Below, piece after piece: positions 13,545 through 31,405 of a stretch of 64,000 bases of DNA. Below the pieces are notes generated by a model. It made no database searches. It saw only the letters and a program-made list of their open reading frames with translations, and was not told the origin of the DNA. How positions within the stretch are numbered: position 1 is the stretch's first letter; every line of letters begins with the position of its first letter. Origin of the DNA: Eledone cirrhosa (Eukaryota); NCBI GenBank assembly GCA_964016885.1, contig OZ024756.1, positions 14,942,001-15,006,000 on the forward strand, in the 5' to 3' direction. Both the position numbers and the translations under genes were made by a program.

Positions 13545-15011
13545 GAACGCGTAAGCAGGGAATACTACACCCGATTAAGAAAGATCTGGTCATCGGAACT
13601 CTCTGCGCAAAACAAAACTGTGGCTCACAATCTCTTTGCTGTGCCTGTCCTAACATCAACGTTTGGAATACTCAATTGGACGATAGACGAAATCCGAGCA
13701 GTTGATGTTGGAACTCGAAAAATACTGAACAACACCGGAAACTCCCACATCAACAGTGACATAGACCGCCTTTACTTGAAACGTAAGCAGGGAGGCAGAG
13801 GCCTAACATCAGTCCAGACAACATTTGAATGTCGCATCATATCTCTCCGACAACATCTACGAACCTCGAAGCGTAGGAGCCCGCTTCTCGAGCAAGTCTA
13901 TCTGCATGAAACAGATAAGATCATGAGAGTTGGGAAGGAACTCCTTGAGAGATATTCCCTGTGTGATAATCAAAAACTCACACCCAGGGATGTCGCTCAG
14001 CAGTATCGCAGTGAATCCATGGATGAAAAACTGCATGCCTATCAGCAAAAAATCATGCATGGATATGTTGCCAGGAAGCTCCAGTGTGAGAGTAATATAG
14101 ATAAGGAAAGTAGTCTATCTTGGACCAACAACCGCTATATTGGCTCCCACTGAAGAGATAGGGATGCAGGCAAAACACCTAGATGTGATAACAAGTGCAG
14201 ACTCTGCAGAACTAACATCGAGGATATCACCCATGTCATCACCAGCTGTCCAAAGATGTCATCGCGGTACTATCTACCTAAGAGGCATATTATAGTGGCC
14301 AAAATACTGTACAATGCAGTTCGTAAAAAATATAGCCCCGATAATAAACACATTAAAAGCTACAACAATGTGGAAGACATCCATGTACATAATATGAAAG
14401 AGTACTGGTGGAATGTTCCAGTAAAAACCCCAATAAAATGCAGGCATAACAGACCAGATATTATGATATGGGGCAGGGAGAAGAAAACATGCACAGTAGT
14501 GGAAATTAGCTGCCCAGCAGATGCCAATATAATATCAAAGATTAGTGAATAGGAGAATATTTATGCAGAACTGATGAGAAATCTGCAGATACTCCACCCT
14601 GATTACACCTTCAGATTTATGCCTGTGATTATTGGGGCACTAGGATATATTAGTAACTGCCTTAATACAAATCTTGAGAAGCTAGGCTTCACAGGAACAG
14701 AAAGAACACAACTAGTTAGGAAATTGCAAGTACAATCCATTAATGGAACAGTAAAAATATGTAAAACATTCCAACAATTTTGCATCTAATAACTGCATAT
14801 ACACATGTACAGATACAAAGCATATACACATGCACACATACAACTCAAAACATACACATCCACACATACAATAACATCCATATCTACACATGCATACATA
14901 CATAATCTACCTAGTTGATGTGTAAATTCCAATGAGAGAGTCTTGTGTCTATGTTAGAAACCCACTCTCTCTCTATTGGCAAACATTTGTGAAATTATAA
15001 AACCAGAAGAA
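13545..15011 (+). mobile_element. 3' part of an R4/Dong-type RLE non-LTR retrotransposon (decayed)
   Basis: RLYLKRKQGGRGL thumb, CRLC...HVITSC zinc knuckle, RH motif, and HNRPDIMIW...VEISCP restriction-like endonuclease. In-frame stops present. The 3' UTR ends against (CATA)n. Confidence 0.88.
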
Positions 15012-15105
15012 CATACATACATACATACATACATACATACATACATACATACATACATACATAGATACATACATACATATACATACATACATACATATAC
15101 ATAGA

Positions 15106-15139
<34 letters not shown>

Positions 15140-15937
15140 CAAACATGACATGACTCTTTGTTCACATGGCAACTGGCACGTGTGAAGTAGCACATCAAGA
15201 CATAAATTATACATTTATGCACGCATCATTGGATATATACATACATTGGATAAACACATACATTGGATATATATATACACATTGGATATATGCACACGTG
15301 CATATTAAGATGGTTAACTATATACACACGTGCATATTAAGATGGTTAAACATATACACACTTAGAAGCATACGCTGAAATACATGCATACACATATATA
15401 GATACATACATACATACATACATACATACATACATACATACATACATAGGAAAATACGCGTTTGTGTATATATATATCTATATGTGTGTGTGTGCGTATG
15501 TGTGTGTGTATATGTATATGTGCGTATACATATATAAGTGAGTGACTGTGTGCACGCGTGCGTGTGGTATATACATAAATATATATATACATATAGATAT
15601 ATACATACACATATATGAGCATACATGTACATATATACATACACATACACATATATATATATACATACACATATATATATATATAGATATACATACATAC
15701 ACATATATATACATACATACAGATATATGCACATACATATGTGTGTGTGTGTGTGTGTACACAACAGATATATTTTGTAATAATTGGGAGTTTTAACGAC
15801 GTGTGGATCAGAGACCGAATCGATACTTTCTGCTTTTCTTTGTCACTCCCACACACACGTGTGTGGGAGTGACTGTATGTGTATTCATGCGTGTCAGTGT
15901 GTGTGTGTGTGTATGTGTGTGTTTATATGTGCGTTAG

Positions 15938-15996
<59 letters not shown>

Positions 15997-16075
15997 TAGT
16001 GTATATATATAAATGTGTGTGTGTGTGTGTATCTACATTAGTATATATATATGTGTGTGTGTATCTACGTTAGTG

Positions 16076-16106
<31 letters not shown>

Positions 16107-16496
16107 CTATGCGTTTGTGTGTGTGTGTGTGTGTCTATGCGTGTGGGTGTGTGTGTGTGCAATCTATGACTAGCAAAGATGAACAAGTTGAGACACCGTA
16201 TCTATGCATCAATCAAAAGAGTATATAGAATCAGTGATAAACCTCGCTCAAACTCCGTTATTAATATACACACACATACATACGAATACACACATACATA
16301 CACACGCGCGCGCGCACACACACGCACACGTACACATACTCCACACAGGCACAAAGACGCACATACACACATACATATACATACAGACACTCACACGTGA
16401 CTAGAAATTATAATCGGAGTAATGACTCGTAGAATTTAGTATTACACATTGACTCCATTCCCTCTCGTCAGAGACTTCATAATGTAGAGAAAATTG

Positions 16497-16552
<56 letters not shown>

Positions 16553-16567
16553 ACGATATATATATAC

Positions 16568-16602
<35 letters not shown>

Positions 16603-17317
16603 AAATATATAAATATATAAAATATATAAAATATATAAATATATAAAATATATAAAATATATATAAAACATGAGAAGAAAGAATACTGCATTGTTGCACA
16701 TGAGTTACATATGATAAAAATAGTCCTTCGTCAGTGATTTTCCAACCTTCATTGGTATTTCATCGCTTTAAAAATCATATACCTCCGGTTGGTGCGAGCA
16801 ATTGGGACAAGTAAATCGCGTAAAGCGAGCGAGACAAGTAAACAAACACAGAAGGATGATAGCAACGCAAAGATAGGAAAAAACAAGCAGGATGGGAATC
16901 CTGTCAGTTTAAGCTGCGTGGATTTCATGAGCGAGCGTTATATACAGACCGTCCGACGCGAATGGGATGTGAGCAAGAACAGAACCCACTACAGGCCAAA
17001 TGGGAGGAAGTGAGAAGGGGAGAAACAGAGAGTGAGTGAGTGGAAGTAAAAGGAAGAGGCCAGTCGAGAGAAAGTGTAACTGACAGAGGGGGCGAAAGAA
17101 GGTGAGAGAAACAGAGAGAGCGGGGAAGCAGTAAGAGAGAAACAGACAAACGCAGCCGAGGAAAATATATATAAAAAACATGAGACGAAAGAATACTGCG
17201 TGTATATGTATATATATATACATATATACATATATATATATACATATATATACATATATATATACATATATATATATATACATATATATACATATATATA
17301 TACATATATATATATAC

Positions 17318-17348
<31 letters not shown>

Positions 17349-17359
17349 CATATATATAC

Positions 17360-17390
<31 letters not shown>

Positions 17391-17401
17391 CATATATATA
17401 C

Positions 17402-17432
<31 letters not shown>

Positions 17433-17594
17433 CATATATATACATATATATATATACATATATATACATATATATATATACATATATATACATACATATA
17501 TATACATATATATATATACATATATATACATATATATATATACATATATATATATATACATATATATACATATATATATATACATATATATACA

Positions 17595-17636
<42 letters not shown>

Positions 17637-17689
17637 CATATATATACATATATACATATATATATATATACATATATATACATATATAC

Positions 17690-17722
<33 letters not shown>

Positions 17723-17733
17723 CATATATATAC

Positions 17734-17766
<33 letters not shown>

Positions 17767-17777
17767 CATATATATAC

Positions 17778-17858
<81 letters not shown>

Positions 17859-18089
17859 CATATATATACATATATATATACATATATATGTATATATACA
17901 TATATATACATATATATATACATATATATATATACATACATATATATACATATATATACATATATATACATATATATACATATATATACATATATATATA
18001 TACATACATATATATACATATATATACATATATATATATACATATATATATATACATATATATATATACATATATATACATATATATAC

Positions 18090-18120
<31 letters not shown>

Positions 18121-18187
18121 CATATACATATATATATATACATATATATACATATATATATATATACATATATATACATATATATAC

Positions 18188-18218
<31 letters not shown>

Positions 18219-18573
18219 CATATACATATATATATATATACATATATATACATATATATATATACATATATATACATATACATATACATATATATATATA
18301 TACATATATATACATATATATATATATAACATATATATACATATATATATACATATATATACATATATATACATATATTATACATATATATATATATACA
18401 TATATATACATATATATATATATACATACATATATATATATACATACATTATATATATATATACATATATATACATATATATATATATATACATATATAA
18501 TATATATACATATATATATATACATATATATACATATATACATATATATATATACATATATATACATATATAC

Positions 18574-18606
<33 letters not shown>

Positions 18607-18845
18607 CATATATATACATATATATATACATATATATATATACATACATATATATACATATATATACATATATATATACATATATATATATACATACATA
18701 TATATATATACATACATATATATACATATATATACACATATATATATATACATACATATATATACATATATATATATATACATACATATATATACATATA
18801 TATACATATATATACATATATATATATATACATACATATATATAC

Positions 18846-18892
<47 letters not shown>

Positions 18893-18947
18893 CATATATA
18901 TACATATATATACATATATATATATACATATATATACATATATATAC

Positions 18948-18978
<31 letters not shown>

Positions 18979-19126
18979 CATATACATATATATATATATA
19001 CATATATATACATATATATATATACATATATATACATATACATATACATATATATATATATACATATATATACATATATTATATATACATATATATACAT
19101 ATACATATACATATATATATATATAC

Positions 19127-19241
<115 letters not shown>

Positions 19242-19406
19242 CATATATACATATATATACATATATACATATATATATACATATATATACATATATACAT
19301 ATATATATACATATATACATATATATACACATATATATAATATATACACATATATATATATATATACACATATATATTATATATACACATATATATATAT
19401 ATACAC

Positions 19407-19487
<81 letters not shown>

Positions 19488-19489
19488 CA

Positions 19490-19537
<48 letters not shown>

Positions 19538-19576
19538 CATATATATATATACATATATATACATATATATATATAC

Positions 19577-19639
<63 letters not shown>

Positions 19640-19640
19640 C

Positions 19641-19713
<73 letters not shown>

Positions 19714-19714
19714 C

Positions 19715-19779
<65 letters not shown>

Positions 19780-19802
19780 TACATATATATACATATATAT
19801 AC

Positions 19803-19855
<53 letters not shown>

Positions 19856-19975
19856 TATATACATATATATATATACATATATATATATATACATATATAT
19901 ACATATATATATATATATATACATAGTATATCTACCGTAAACTCTTGATAGATTTATCTACATATATATATATAC

Positions 19976-20012
<37 letters not shown>

Positions 20013-20091
20013 CATTATATACATATATATATATACATACATATATATACATATATATACATATATATATATACATACATATATATACATA

Positions 20092-20129
<38 letters not shown>

Positions 20130-20296
20130 CATATATATACATATATATACATACATATATATACATATATATACATATATATATATACATATATATACAT
20201 ATATATACATATATATATATATACTATATATATACATATATATATATATACATATATATACATATATATACATATATATTATATACATATATATAC

Positions 20297-20327
<31 letters not shown>

Positions 20328-20419
20328 CATATATATACATATATTATATATATACATATATATACATATATACATATATATATACATATATATATATACA
20401 CATATATATATATATACAC

Positions 20420-20452
<33 letters not shown>

Positions 20453-20459
20453 CATAAAT

Positions 20460-20493
<34 letters not shown>

Positions 20494-20506
20494 ATATATA
20501 TATACA

Positions 20507-20575
<69 letters not shown>

Positions 20576-20578
20576 CAC

Positions 20579-20625
<47 letters not shown>

Positions 20626-20630
20626 CATAA

Positions 20631-20661
<31 letters not shown>

Positions 20662-20664
20662 CAC

Positions 20665-20803
<139 letters not shown>

Positions 20804-21177
20804 CATATATATACATATATATACATATATATACATATATATACATATATATACATATAATATATACATATATATACATATATATACATACATATATATA
20901 TATACATACATATATATATATACATAATATACATATATATATACTATATATACTATAATATATACATATATATATACATATATATATATACATATATACA
21001 TATATATATACATATATATATATACATATATACATATATATACATATATATATATACATATATACATATATATACATATATATATATACATATATATATA
21101 TACATATATATACATATATATATATACATATATATACATATATATATATACATACATATATATATATATATACATAC

Positions 21178-21245
<68 letters not shown>

Positions 21246-21360
21246 TATATATATACATATATATATATATATATACATATATATATACATATACATATAT
21301 ATATATATCATATATATATATATATATAATATACATATATATATACATATATATATATAC

Positions 21361-21433
<73 letters not shown>

Positions 21434-21444
21434 CATATATATAT

Positions 21445-22053
21445 GGTGGCTGCCAACTCGTTTTCGAGTACGGCCACTACTTTATATCCATGTAGGAGAA
21501 CCCCTACCGATGCGCTGAACGAGTGTGACTTTTTAGTCCAGCCAGCGACTTGAAAACTCTGGTACAAACACTACACTTGTGACAATTACTGACACATAGT
21601 GCTGGGCCCATGGTACCATGTGACGGCAAGTGCAGAGAGATCTCCAGATATAAAGCAATGCCTGTGCCGTGAAGCTTTTATAGTGAGCAAAGGCACTGCA
21701 CAAAGCCAGTCCCACTCTCTTAACCAAGATGATATTTACCAAAAAGAAGAACAAGTCAACATCATTGGATACCATCAGGGTTGCAGGTGTTATATCAGAG
21801 TTTTCCTTCTCCTAGAATTCTGCCTTGACAAAGGCTAAGGGGTCATCTCTCCCGGTGATTTTGGATGGCCATTGACTCTTAAGAGCTCCTTTGCCCTTTG
21901 ACAGGTTTTGTTTTTAGTCCTGCAGGATGTCCAAAGTCACCCTCCTCACCAAGAAACCTTGGTGGGGTTGCCAGTTTAGTCGCCAACGACCCGACCATGG
22001 GACAGGTTGTACTGGGATACATGTTACCAGTAGCACCAACTGGTGACCTGACA

Positions 22054-22054
<1 letters not shown>
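21445..22054 (-). mobile_element. ~610 bp non-autonomous RTE-derived element, copy 1
   Basis: Near-identical to 25860-26470 and to the reverse complement of 59096-59705. Contains the RTE 5'UTR-like CTAGGAGAAGGAAAACTCTGA and a C-terminal C2H2-finger remnant. Flanked by (TA)n. Confidence 0.8.
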
Positions 22055-22131
<77 letters not shown>

Positions 22132-22202
22132 CATATATATATATACATATATACATATATATATATATTATATATATACATAATATATATATATACATAT
22201 AC

Positions 22203-22245
<43 letters not shown>

Positions 22246-22264
22246 TATATACATATATATATAC

Positions 22265-22311
<47 letters not shown>

Positions 22312-22389
22312 TATATACATATATATATATACATACATATATATATATATATATATACATATATATATACATATATATATATATACATA

Positions 22390-22438
<49 letters not shown>

Positions 22439-22457
22439 CATATATATATATATACAC

Positions 22458-22494
<37 letters not shown>

Positions 22495-22551
22495 TATATA
22501 ATACATATATATATACATATAATATATATATATATATATACATATATATAC

Positions 22552-22582
<31 letters not shown>

Positions 22583-22635
22583 CATATATACATATATATA
22601 CATATATATATATATACATATACATATATATATAC

Positions 22636-22694
<59 letters not shown>

Positions 22695-22884
22695 TATTAC
22701 ATATATACATATATATATACATATATATATATATTATATATATACATATATATACATATATATATATATATTATATATACATATATACATATATATATAA
22801 TATATATATATATATATACATATATACATATATATATATACATATATATATATGATATATATACATATATGTATACATATATAC

Positions 22885-22939
<55 letters not shown>

Positions 22940-23010
22940 CATATATACATATATATATACATATATATATATACATATATATATATATACATATATATAT
23001 ACATATATAC

Positions 23011-23045
<35 letters not shown>

Positions 23046-23054
23046 CATATATAC

Positions 23055-23135
<81 letters not shown>

Positions 23136-23267
23136 CATATACATATATATATATATATATATACATATATACATATGTATATACATATATATATATACTA
23201 TATATATATACATTATATATATATATACATATATACATATATATATATACATATATAATATATATAC

Positions 23268-23298
<31 letters not shown>

Positions 23299-23301
23299 CA
23301 C

Positions 23302-23334
<33 letters not shown>

Positions 23335-23367
23335 CATATATATACATATACATATATATATATATAC

Positions 23368-23435
<68 letters not shown>

Positions 23436-23475
23436 TATATATACTATTATATATACATATATATATAATATATAC

Positions 23476-23532
<57 letters not shown>

Positions 23533-23556
23533 CATATATATATTTATATATACATA

Positions 23557-23612
<56 letters not shown>

Positions 23613-23691
23613 CATATATATACATATATATACATATATAAACATATATATACATATAAACTATATATACATATATAATACATATATATAC

Positions 23692-23729
<38 letters not shown>

Positions 23730-23883
23730 ATTATATAATATATATATATACATACATATATATATACATATATATATATAACATATATATATATATACAT
23801 ATATATATACAAATATACATACATATATACATATATATATACATATATACATATATAATATATATATATATATACATATATAC

Positions 23884-23934
<51 letters not shown>

Positions 23935-23958
23935 CATAATATATATATATATACATAC

Positions 23959-23993
<35 letters not shown>

Positions 23994-23998
23994 CATAT

Positions 23999-24089
<91 letters not shown>

Positions 24090-24151
24090 CATATATATAA
24101 TATATATATACATACATATATATATATACATATATATATATATAATATACA

Positions 24152-24185
<34 letters not shown>

Positions 24186-24186
24186 C

Positions 24187-24263
<77 letters not shown>

Positions 24264-24388
24264 CATATATATATACATATATATATATACATATATATAT
24301 ATACATATATATATATATACTATATATATATAGATATACATATATATATACATATATATATATACATATATATATACTAATTATATAC

Positions 24389-24421
<33 letters not shown>

Positions 24422-24644
24422 CATATATATACATATATATATACATATATATACATATATATATATATACATATATATATACATATATATATATAGAAAT
24501 ATATACAATATATATATATACATATATATATACATATATATATATATACATATATATATATACATATATATATATACATATATATATATACATATATATA
24601 TATACATATATATATTACATATATATATACATATATATATATAC

Positions 24645-24689
<45 letters not shown>

Positions 24690-24690
24690 C

Positions 24691-24766
<76 letters not shown>

Positions 24767-24855
24767 ATATACATATATATATATACATATATATATATAT
24801 CATATACATATATATATATATAGATATATATATATACTATATTATATATATATAG

Positions 24856-24921
<66 letters not shown>

Positions 24922-25038
24922 ATACATATACATATATATATACATATACATATATATATATATACATATACATATATATATTACATATACATATATATAT
25001 ACATATACATATATATATACATATACATATATATATAC

Positions 25039-25069
<31 letters not shown>

Positions 25070-25075
25070 CATACG

Positions 25076-25129
<54 letters not shown>

Positions 25130-25194
25130 CATATATATATATACATATATATATATATACATATATATATATACATATATATATATACATATAC

Positions 25195-25225
<31 letters not shown>

Positions 25226-25300
25226 CATATATATATATACATATATATATATACATATATATATACATATATATATATACATATATATATATACATATAC

Positions 25301-25347
<47 letters not shown>

Positions 25348-25391
25348 CATATACATATATAAATATATACATATATATATATACATATATG

Positions 25392-25453
<62 letters not shown>

Positions 25454-25609
25454 CATATACATATATATACATATACATATATATACATATACATATATAT
25501 ATACAAATATACATACATATATACATATATATATACATATATACATATATATATATATACATATATATACATATATATATACATATACTATATATATATA
25601 CATATATAC

Positions 25610-25680
<71 letters not shown>

Positions 25681-25686
25681 CATATA

Positions 25687-25739
<53 letters not shown>

Positions 25740-25774
25740 CATATATATATACATATATATATATATATACATAC

Positions 25775-25848
<74 letters not shown>

Positions 25849-25859
25849 CATATATATAT

Positions 25860-26470
25860 GGTGGCTGCCAACTCGTTTTCGAGTACGGCCACTACTTTAT
25901 ATCCATGTAGGAGAACCCCTACCGATGCGCTGAACGAGTGTGACTTTTTAGTCCAGCCAGCGACTTGAAAACTCTGGTACAAACACTACACTTGTGACAA
26001 TTACTGACCACATAGTGCTGGGCCCATGGTACCATGTGACGGCAAGTGCAGAGAGATCTCCAGATATAAAGCAATGCCTGTGCCGTGAAGCTTTTATAGT
26101 GAGCAAAGGCACTGCACAAAGCCAGTCCCACTCTCTTAACCAAGATGATATTTACCAAAAAGAAGAACAAGTCAACATCATTGGATACCATCAGGGTTGC
26201 AGGTGTTATATCAGAGTTTTCCTTCTCCTAGAATTCTGCCTTGACAAAGGCTAAGGGGTCATCTCTCCCGGTGATTTTGGATGGCCATTGACTCTTAAGA
26301 GCTCCTTTGCCCTTTGACAGGTTTTGTTTTTAGTCCTGCAGGATGTCCAAAGTCACCCTCCTCACCAAGAAACCTTGGTGGGGTTGCCAGTTTAGTCGCC
26401 AACGACCCGACCATGGGACAGGTTGTACTGGGATACATGTTACCAGTAGCACCAACTGGTGACCTGACAT
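25860..26470 (-). mobile_element. ~610 bp non-autonomous RTE-derived element, copy 2
   Basis: As copy 1. Its 3' part reads [25 protein letters not shown]. Confidence 0.8.
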
Positions 26471-26545
26471 GTACATATATATATTATAATATATATATAT
26501 ATTATATATATATATAATATACATATACATATACATATATTATAT

Positions 26546-26596
<51 letters not shown>

Positions 26597-26664
26597 CATT
26601 ATACATATATATATACATATATAATATATATATATATAATACATATATATACATATATATATAC

Positions 26665-26711
<47 letters not shown>

Positions 26712-26728
26712 TATATACATATATATAT

Positions 26729-26759
<31 letters not shown>

Positions 26760-26782
26760 CATATATATATACATATATATAT

Positions 26783-26821
<39 letters not shown>

Positions 26822-26847
26822 TATATACATATATATATATATACATA

Positions 26848-26896
<49 letters not shown>

Positions 26897-26915
26897 CATA
26901 TATATATATATACAC

Positions 26916-26952
<37 letters not shown>

Positions 26953-27010
26953 TACATATATATATACATATATATATACATATATATATATATTATATAC
27001 ATATATATAC

Positions 27011-27041
<31 letters not shown>

Positions 27042-27094
27042 CATATATACATATATATACATATATATATATATACATATACATATATATATAC

Positions 27095-27157
<63 letters not shown>

Positions 27158-27171
27158 CATATATACATATA

Positions 27172-27240
<69 letters not shown>

Positions 27241-27249
27241 CATATATAC

Positions 27250-27282
<33 letters not shown>

Positions 27283-27291
27283 CATATATAC

Positions 27292-27324
<33 letters not shown>

Positions 27325-27345
27325 CATATATATATACATATATAC

Positions 27346-27402
<57 letters not shown>

Positions 27403-27474
27403 CATATATACATATTATATATACATATATATATATACATATATATATATATACATATATATATACATATATAC

Positions 27475-27509
<35 letters not shown>

Positions 27510-27531
27510 CATATATACATATATATAATAC

Positions 27532-27602
<71 letters not shown>

Positions 27603-27852
27603 CATATACATATATATATATATATATATATACATATATACAATATGTATATACATATATATATATACATATATATACATATATATATATACATATATAC
27701 ATATATATATATACATATATATATATATACATATATATATAATATACATATATATATATACACATATATATATATATATACATATATATAATATACCATA
27801 TATATACATATACATATATATATATACATATATATACATATATATATATATA

Positions 27853-27931
<79 letters not shown>

Positions 27932-27936
27932 CATAT

Positions 27937-27988
<52 letters not shown>

Positions 27989-28115
27989 CATATATATATA
28001 TTAATATACAATATATATACATATATATACATATATAAACTATATATATACATATATATACATATATATACATATATATACATATATATACATATATATA
28101 TACATATATATATAC

Positions 28116-28154
<39 letters not shown>

Positions 28155-28241
28155 CATACATATATATATACATATATATACATACATATATATATATATA
28201 CATATATATATACAAATATACATACATATATACATATATAT

Positions 28242-28276
<35 letters not shown>

Positions 28277-28326
28277 CATATATACATATATATATACATA
28301 TTATATATATATATATATATATATAC

Positions 28327-28367
<41 letters not shown>

Positions 28368-28383
28368 TATAATATATATATAC

Positions 28384-28416
<33 letters not shown>

Positions 28417-28421
28417 CTACA

Positions 28422-28454
<33 letters not shown>

Positions 28455-28519
28455 TATACATATATATATATATATACATATATATTATATATATATACAT
28501 ATATATATCATATATATAC

Positions 28520-28588
<69 letters not shown>

Positions 28589-28761
28589 CATATAATATAT
28601 ACATAGTATATATATATTAATATACATATAATATATATATATATATATATACATATATATATAATATATACATATATATGATATACATATATATATATAC
28701 TATATATACATATATATATACATATATATATATATATACTTATAATTTAATAGATATACAT

Positions 28762-28961
28762 NNNNNNNNNNNNNNNNNNNNNNNNNNNNNNNNNNNNNNN
28801 NNNNNNNNNNNNNNNNNNNNNNNNNNNNNNNNNNNNNNNNNNNNNNNNNNNNNNNNNNNNNNNNNNNNNNNNNNNNNNNNNNNNNNNNNNNNNNNNNNNN
28901 NNNNNNNNNNNNNNNNNNNNNNNNNNNNNNNNNNNNNNNNNNNNNNNNNNNNNNNNNNNNN
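28762..28961. other. Assembly gap (200 N)
   Basis: Run of N. Confidence 1.
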
Positions 28962-29059
28962 AACTCCCTCAGCAGTTACGGGTCCATACCATACCATGTA
29001 GGAAACCATCATTTTTTTTGTTTTTATGGACTCGCGAGGGAAACGTCGGGACATAATCG

Positions 29060-29142
29060 TACGCGTGTCTTAGACAATTTTAAACCTGGCGGAGTCCATC
29101 TCCTCTCCAGGTCCGAACACCAGCCGATTTCTTCCAGAGAAG

Positions 29143-29182
<40 letters not shown>

Positions 29183-31405
29183 GAGAAAGAAGAAGTGAGA
29201 AAGAGAGATATGGAAGAAGAATCGATCCCAGTACGGGGCCGGTACTCTTTTGGGGGGTTTTCTTTTATCAAACTCATGAAAGGCAAAGTTGAATTGAAAG
29301 AGACCAGAGAAGCAGAACTAGCAACACGAAGCATATCACGTGACGTTTCAATAACTTCCAGAAACCGGTGCAGGCATAGCAATGGCGTTAACAAGTTCAC
29401 TTCACCACCGCTAGTTCTCAGTTTAATCCTCACTCACTTCCAGTAGCTCAGCATAATAATGGTTTCTTATATAGGCACAAGGCCAGCAATTTTTTTTTGT
29501 GTGTGTGTGGGGAGGGGGGGGGGTCAATAAAATCGACACCAGTGCGTGACTGGTACTTTATTTTAAAATCATTCATAAAATTGTAACAACAACCCTATGA
29601 CGGCTGCTAATAATATTAATATTAATAATTGTTTCTACTTTAGGCACAAGGCCAGCAATTACCCAGTGTATTACTAGTACTTTATTTTATCGACCCCGTA
29701 AGGATGAAAGGCAAAGTTAACCTCGGCGGGATTTGAACTCAGATCATTAAAGGGCCGTAACTCTATGCTGCAAAGCAGGGCGTCCGACAATCTACCGAAA
29801 CTGCCAATCCACCGCCCTAGTAGCTCAGCATAATAATTTTCTACTTTTGGCACAAGGCCAGCAATTACCCAGTGTATTACTGGTACTTTATTTTATCGAC
29901 CCCGTAAGGATGAAAGGCAAAGTTAACCTCGGCGGGATTTGAACTCAGATCATTAAAGGGCCGTAACTCTATGCTGCAAAGCAGGGCGTCCGACAATCTA
30001 CCGATACTGCCAATCCACCGCCCTAGTAGCTCAGCATAATAATAACAGTAATAATAACGGTTTCTAATTTAAGCACAAGGCCAGCAATTTATGGAGAGAG
30101 GGGGGGGGGAGTTGATTATATCGACCCCAGTACTTTAAGTGTACTTTATTTTATCGATCCCTAAAAGATGAAAGGAAAGTTAACTTCGGAACATAAAGTG
30201 CCGCAGAGTATTTTGTCCGACGATCTAACGATTCTGTCGATCCGTCCCCACCCATCTACCTTCTGTAAGTAATAATAATTATTTCTAATTTAGGCACAAG
30301 GCCAGCAATTAATGGGGATGGGGAACGTTTGATAAATCAACCCCAATGCTTTACTGGTACCTTATTTTATTCCCCCCCCCCCCCCCCCGCGCCCCAATTC
30401 CCGAAAGATGAAAGGCAAAATTAACCTTAGCGGGACCGGAACACAAAACATAAAGGGACGTAACTCTATGCCACAAAGCATGGCAGAGAGTCGCGGACAA
30501 ACTTCCTTGCGGTATTTATTTCCGGCGCTTTACGTTCTGAGTTCAAATCCCGCCAAAATCCAATTTTACTTTTTATCCTTGCAGATCGGTAAGATATCAG
30601 TAAAATACTGGGGTCGATTTTATCCACTGTTCTCTCCCTTAAAATGTTTGGATTTCTGTCGTTGTATGGATCAATTATCATTCTACTGAGAGGCGTTACA
30701 ATGTTGGTGAAAATTCCTTGCGGTATTTAGTTATGGCCTTGGGTTTAGATCCCTCCAAGGGATGTAATATTCATTCATTATTTATCGGTGAATTGGCAGT
30801 ATCGGTAGAGGGTTGGACGCCATGCTTTCTAGCATAGTAACGTCCCTTTAGAGTCTGAGTTCAAATCCCGCCGAGGTTAACTTTGCCTTCCATCCTTACG
30901 GGGTCGATAAAATAAAGTACCAGTAAAACACTGGGATAATTGCTGGCCTTGTGCCAAAAGTAGAAACAATTATTTATTCAAAGTAATCCAACTTATTTTA
31001 CTAAGGGGATAAAACATTATAAACCGTACGCAGTCCCGCGCTTCTTTAGATTATCATTGGCAGTATCGGTAGAGGGTCGGACGCCATGCTTTCCAGCATA
31101 GTTACGTCCCTTTACGATCTGAGTTCAAATCCCGCCGAGGTTGACTTTGCCTTTCATCCTTACGGGTCGATAAAATAAAGTACCAGTAATACACTGGTTA
31201 ATTGCTGGCCTTGTGTCTAAAGTAGAAACAATGGCAGTATTGGTAGAGGGTCAGACATGCTTTCCAGCGTAATTACGTCTCTTTACGATCTGAGTTCAAA
31301 TCCCGCCGAGGTTGACTTTGCCTTTCATCCTTACGAGGTCGATAAAATAAAGTACCAGTAATACACGGGATAATTGCTGGCCTTGTGCCTAAAGTAGAAA
31401 CAATT
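29060..31405. mobile_element. Cluster of about 10 tRNA-derived SINEs (Meta-domain-like body)
   Basis: Repeated A-box-like tggcag..tcggtag, B box gagttcaaatcc, body gcctttcatccttacggggtcgataaaataaagtaccag and tail ggccttgtgcc.aaagtagaaacaatt. Left copies are on the minus strand and right copies on the plus strand. Confidence 0.9.
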
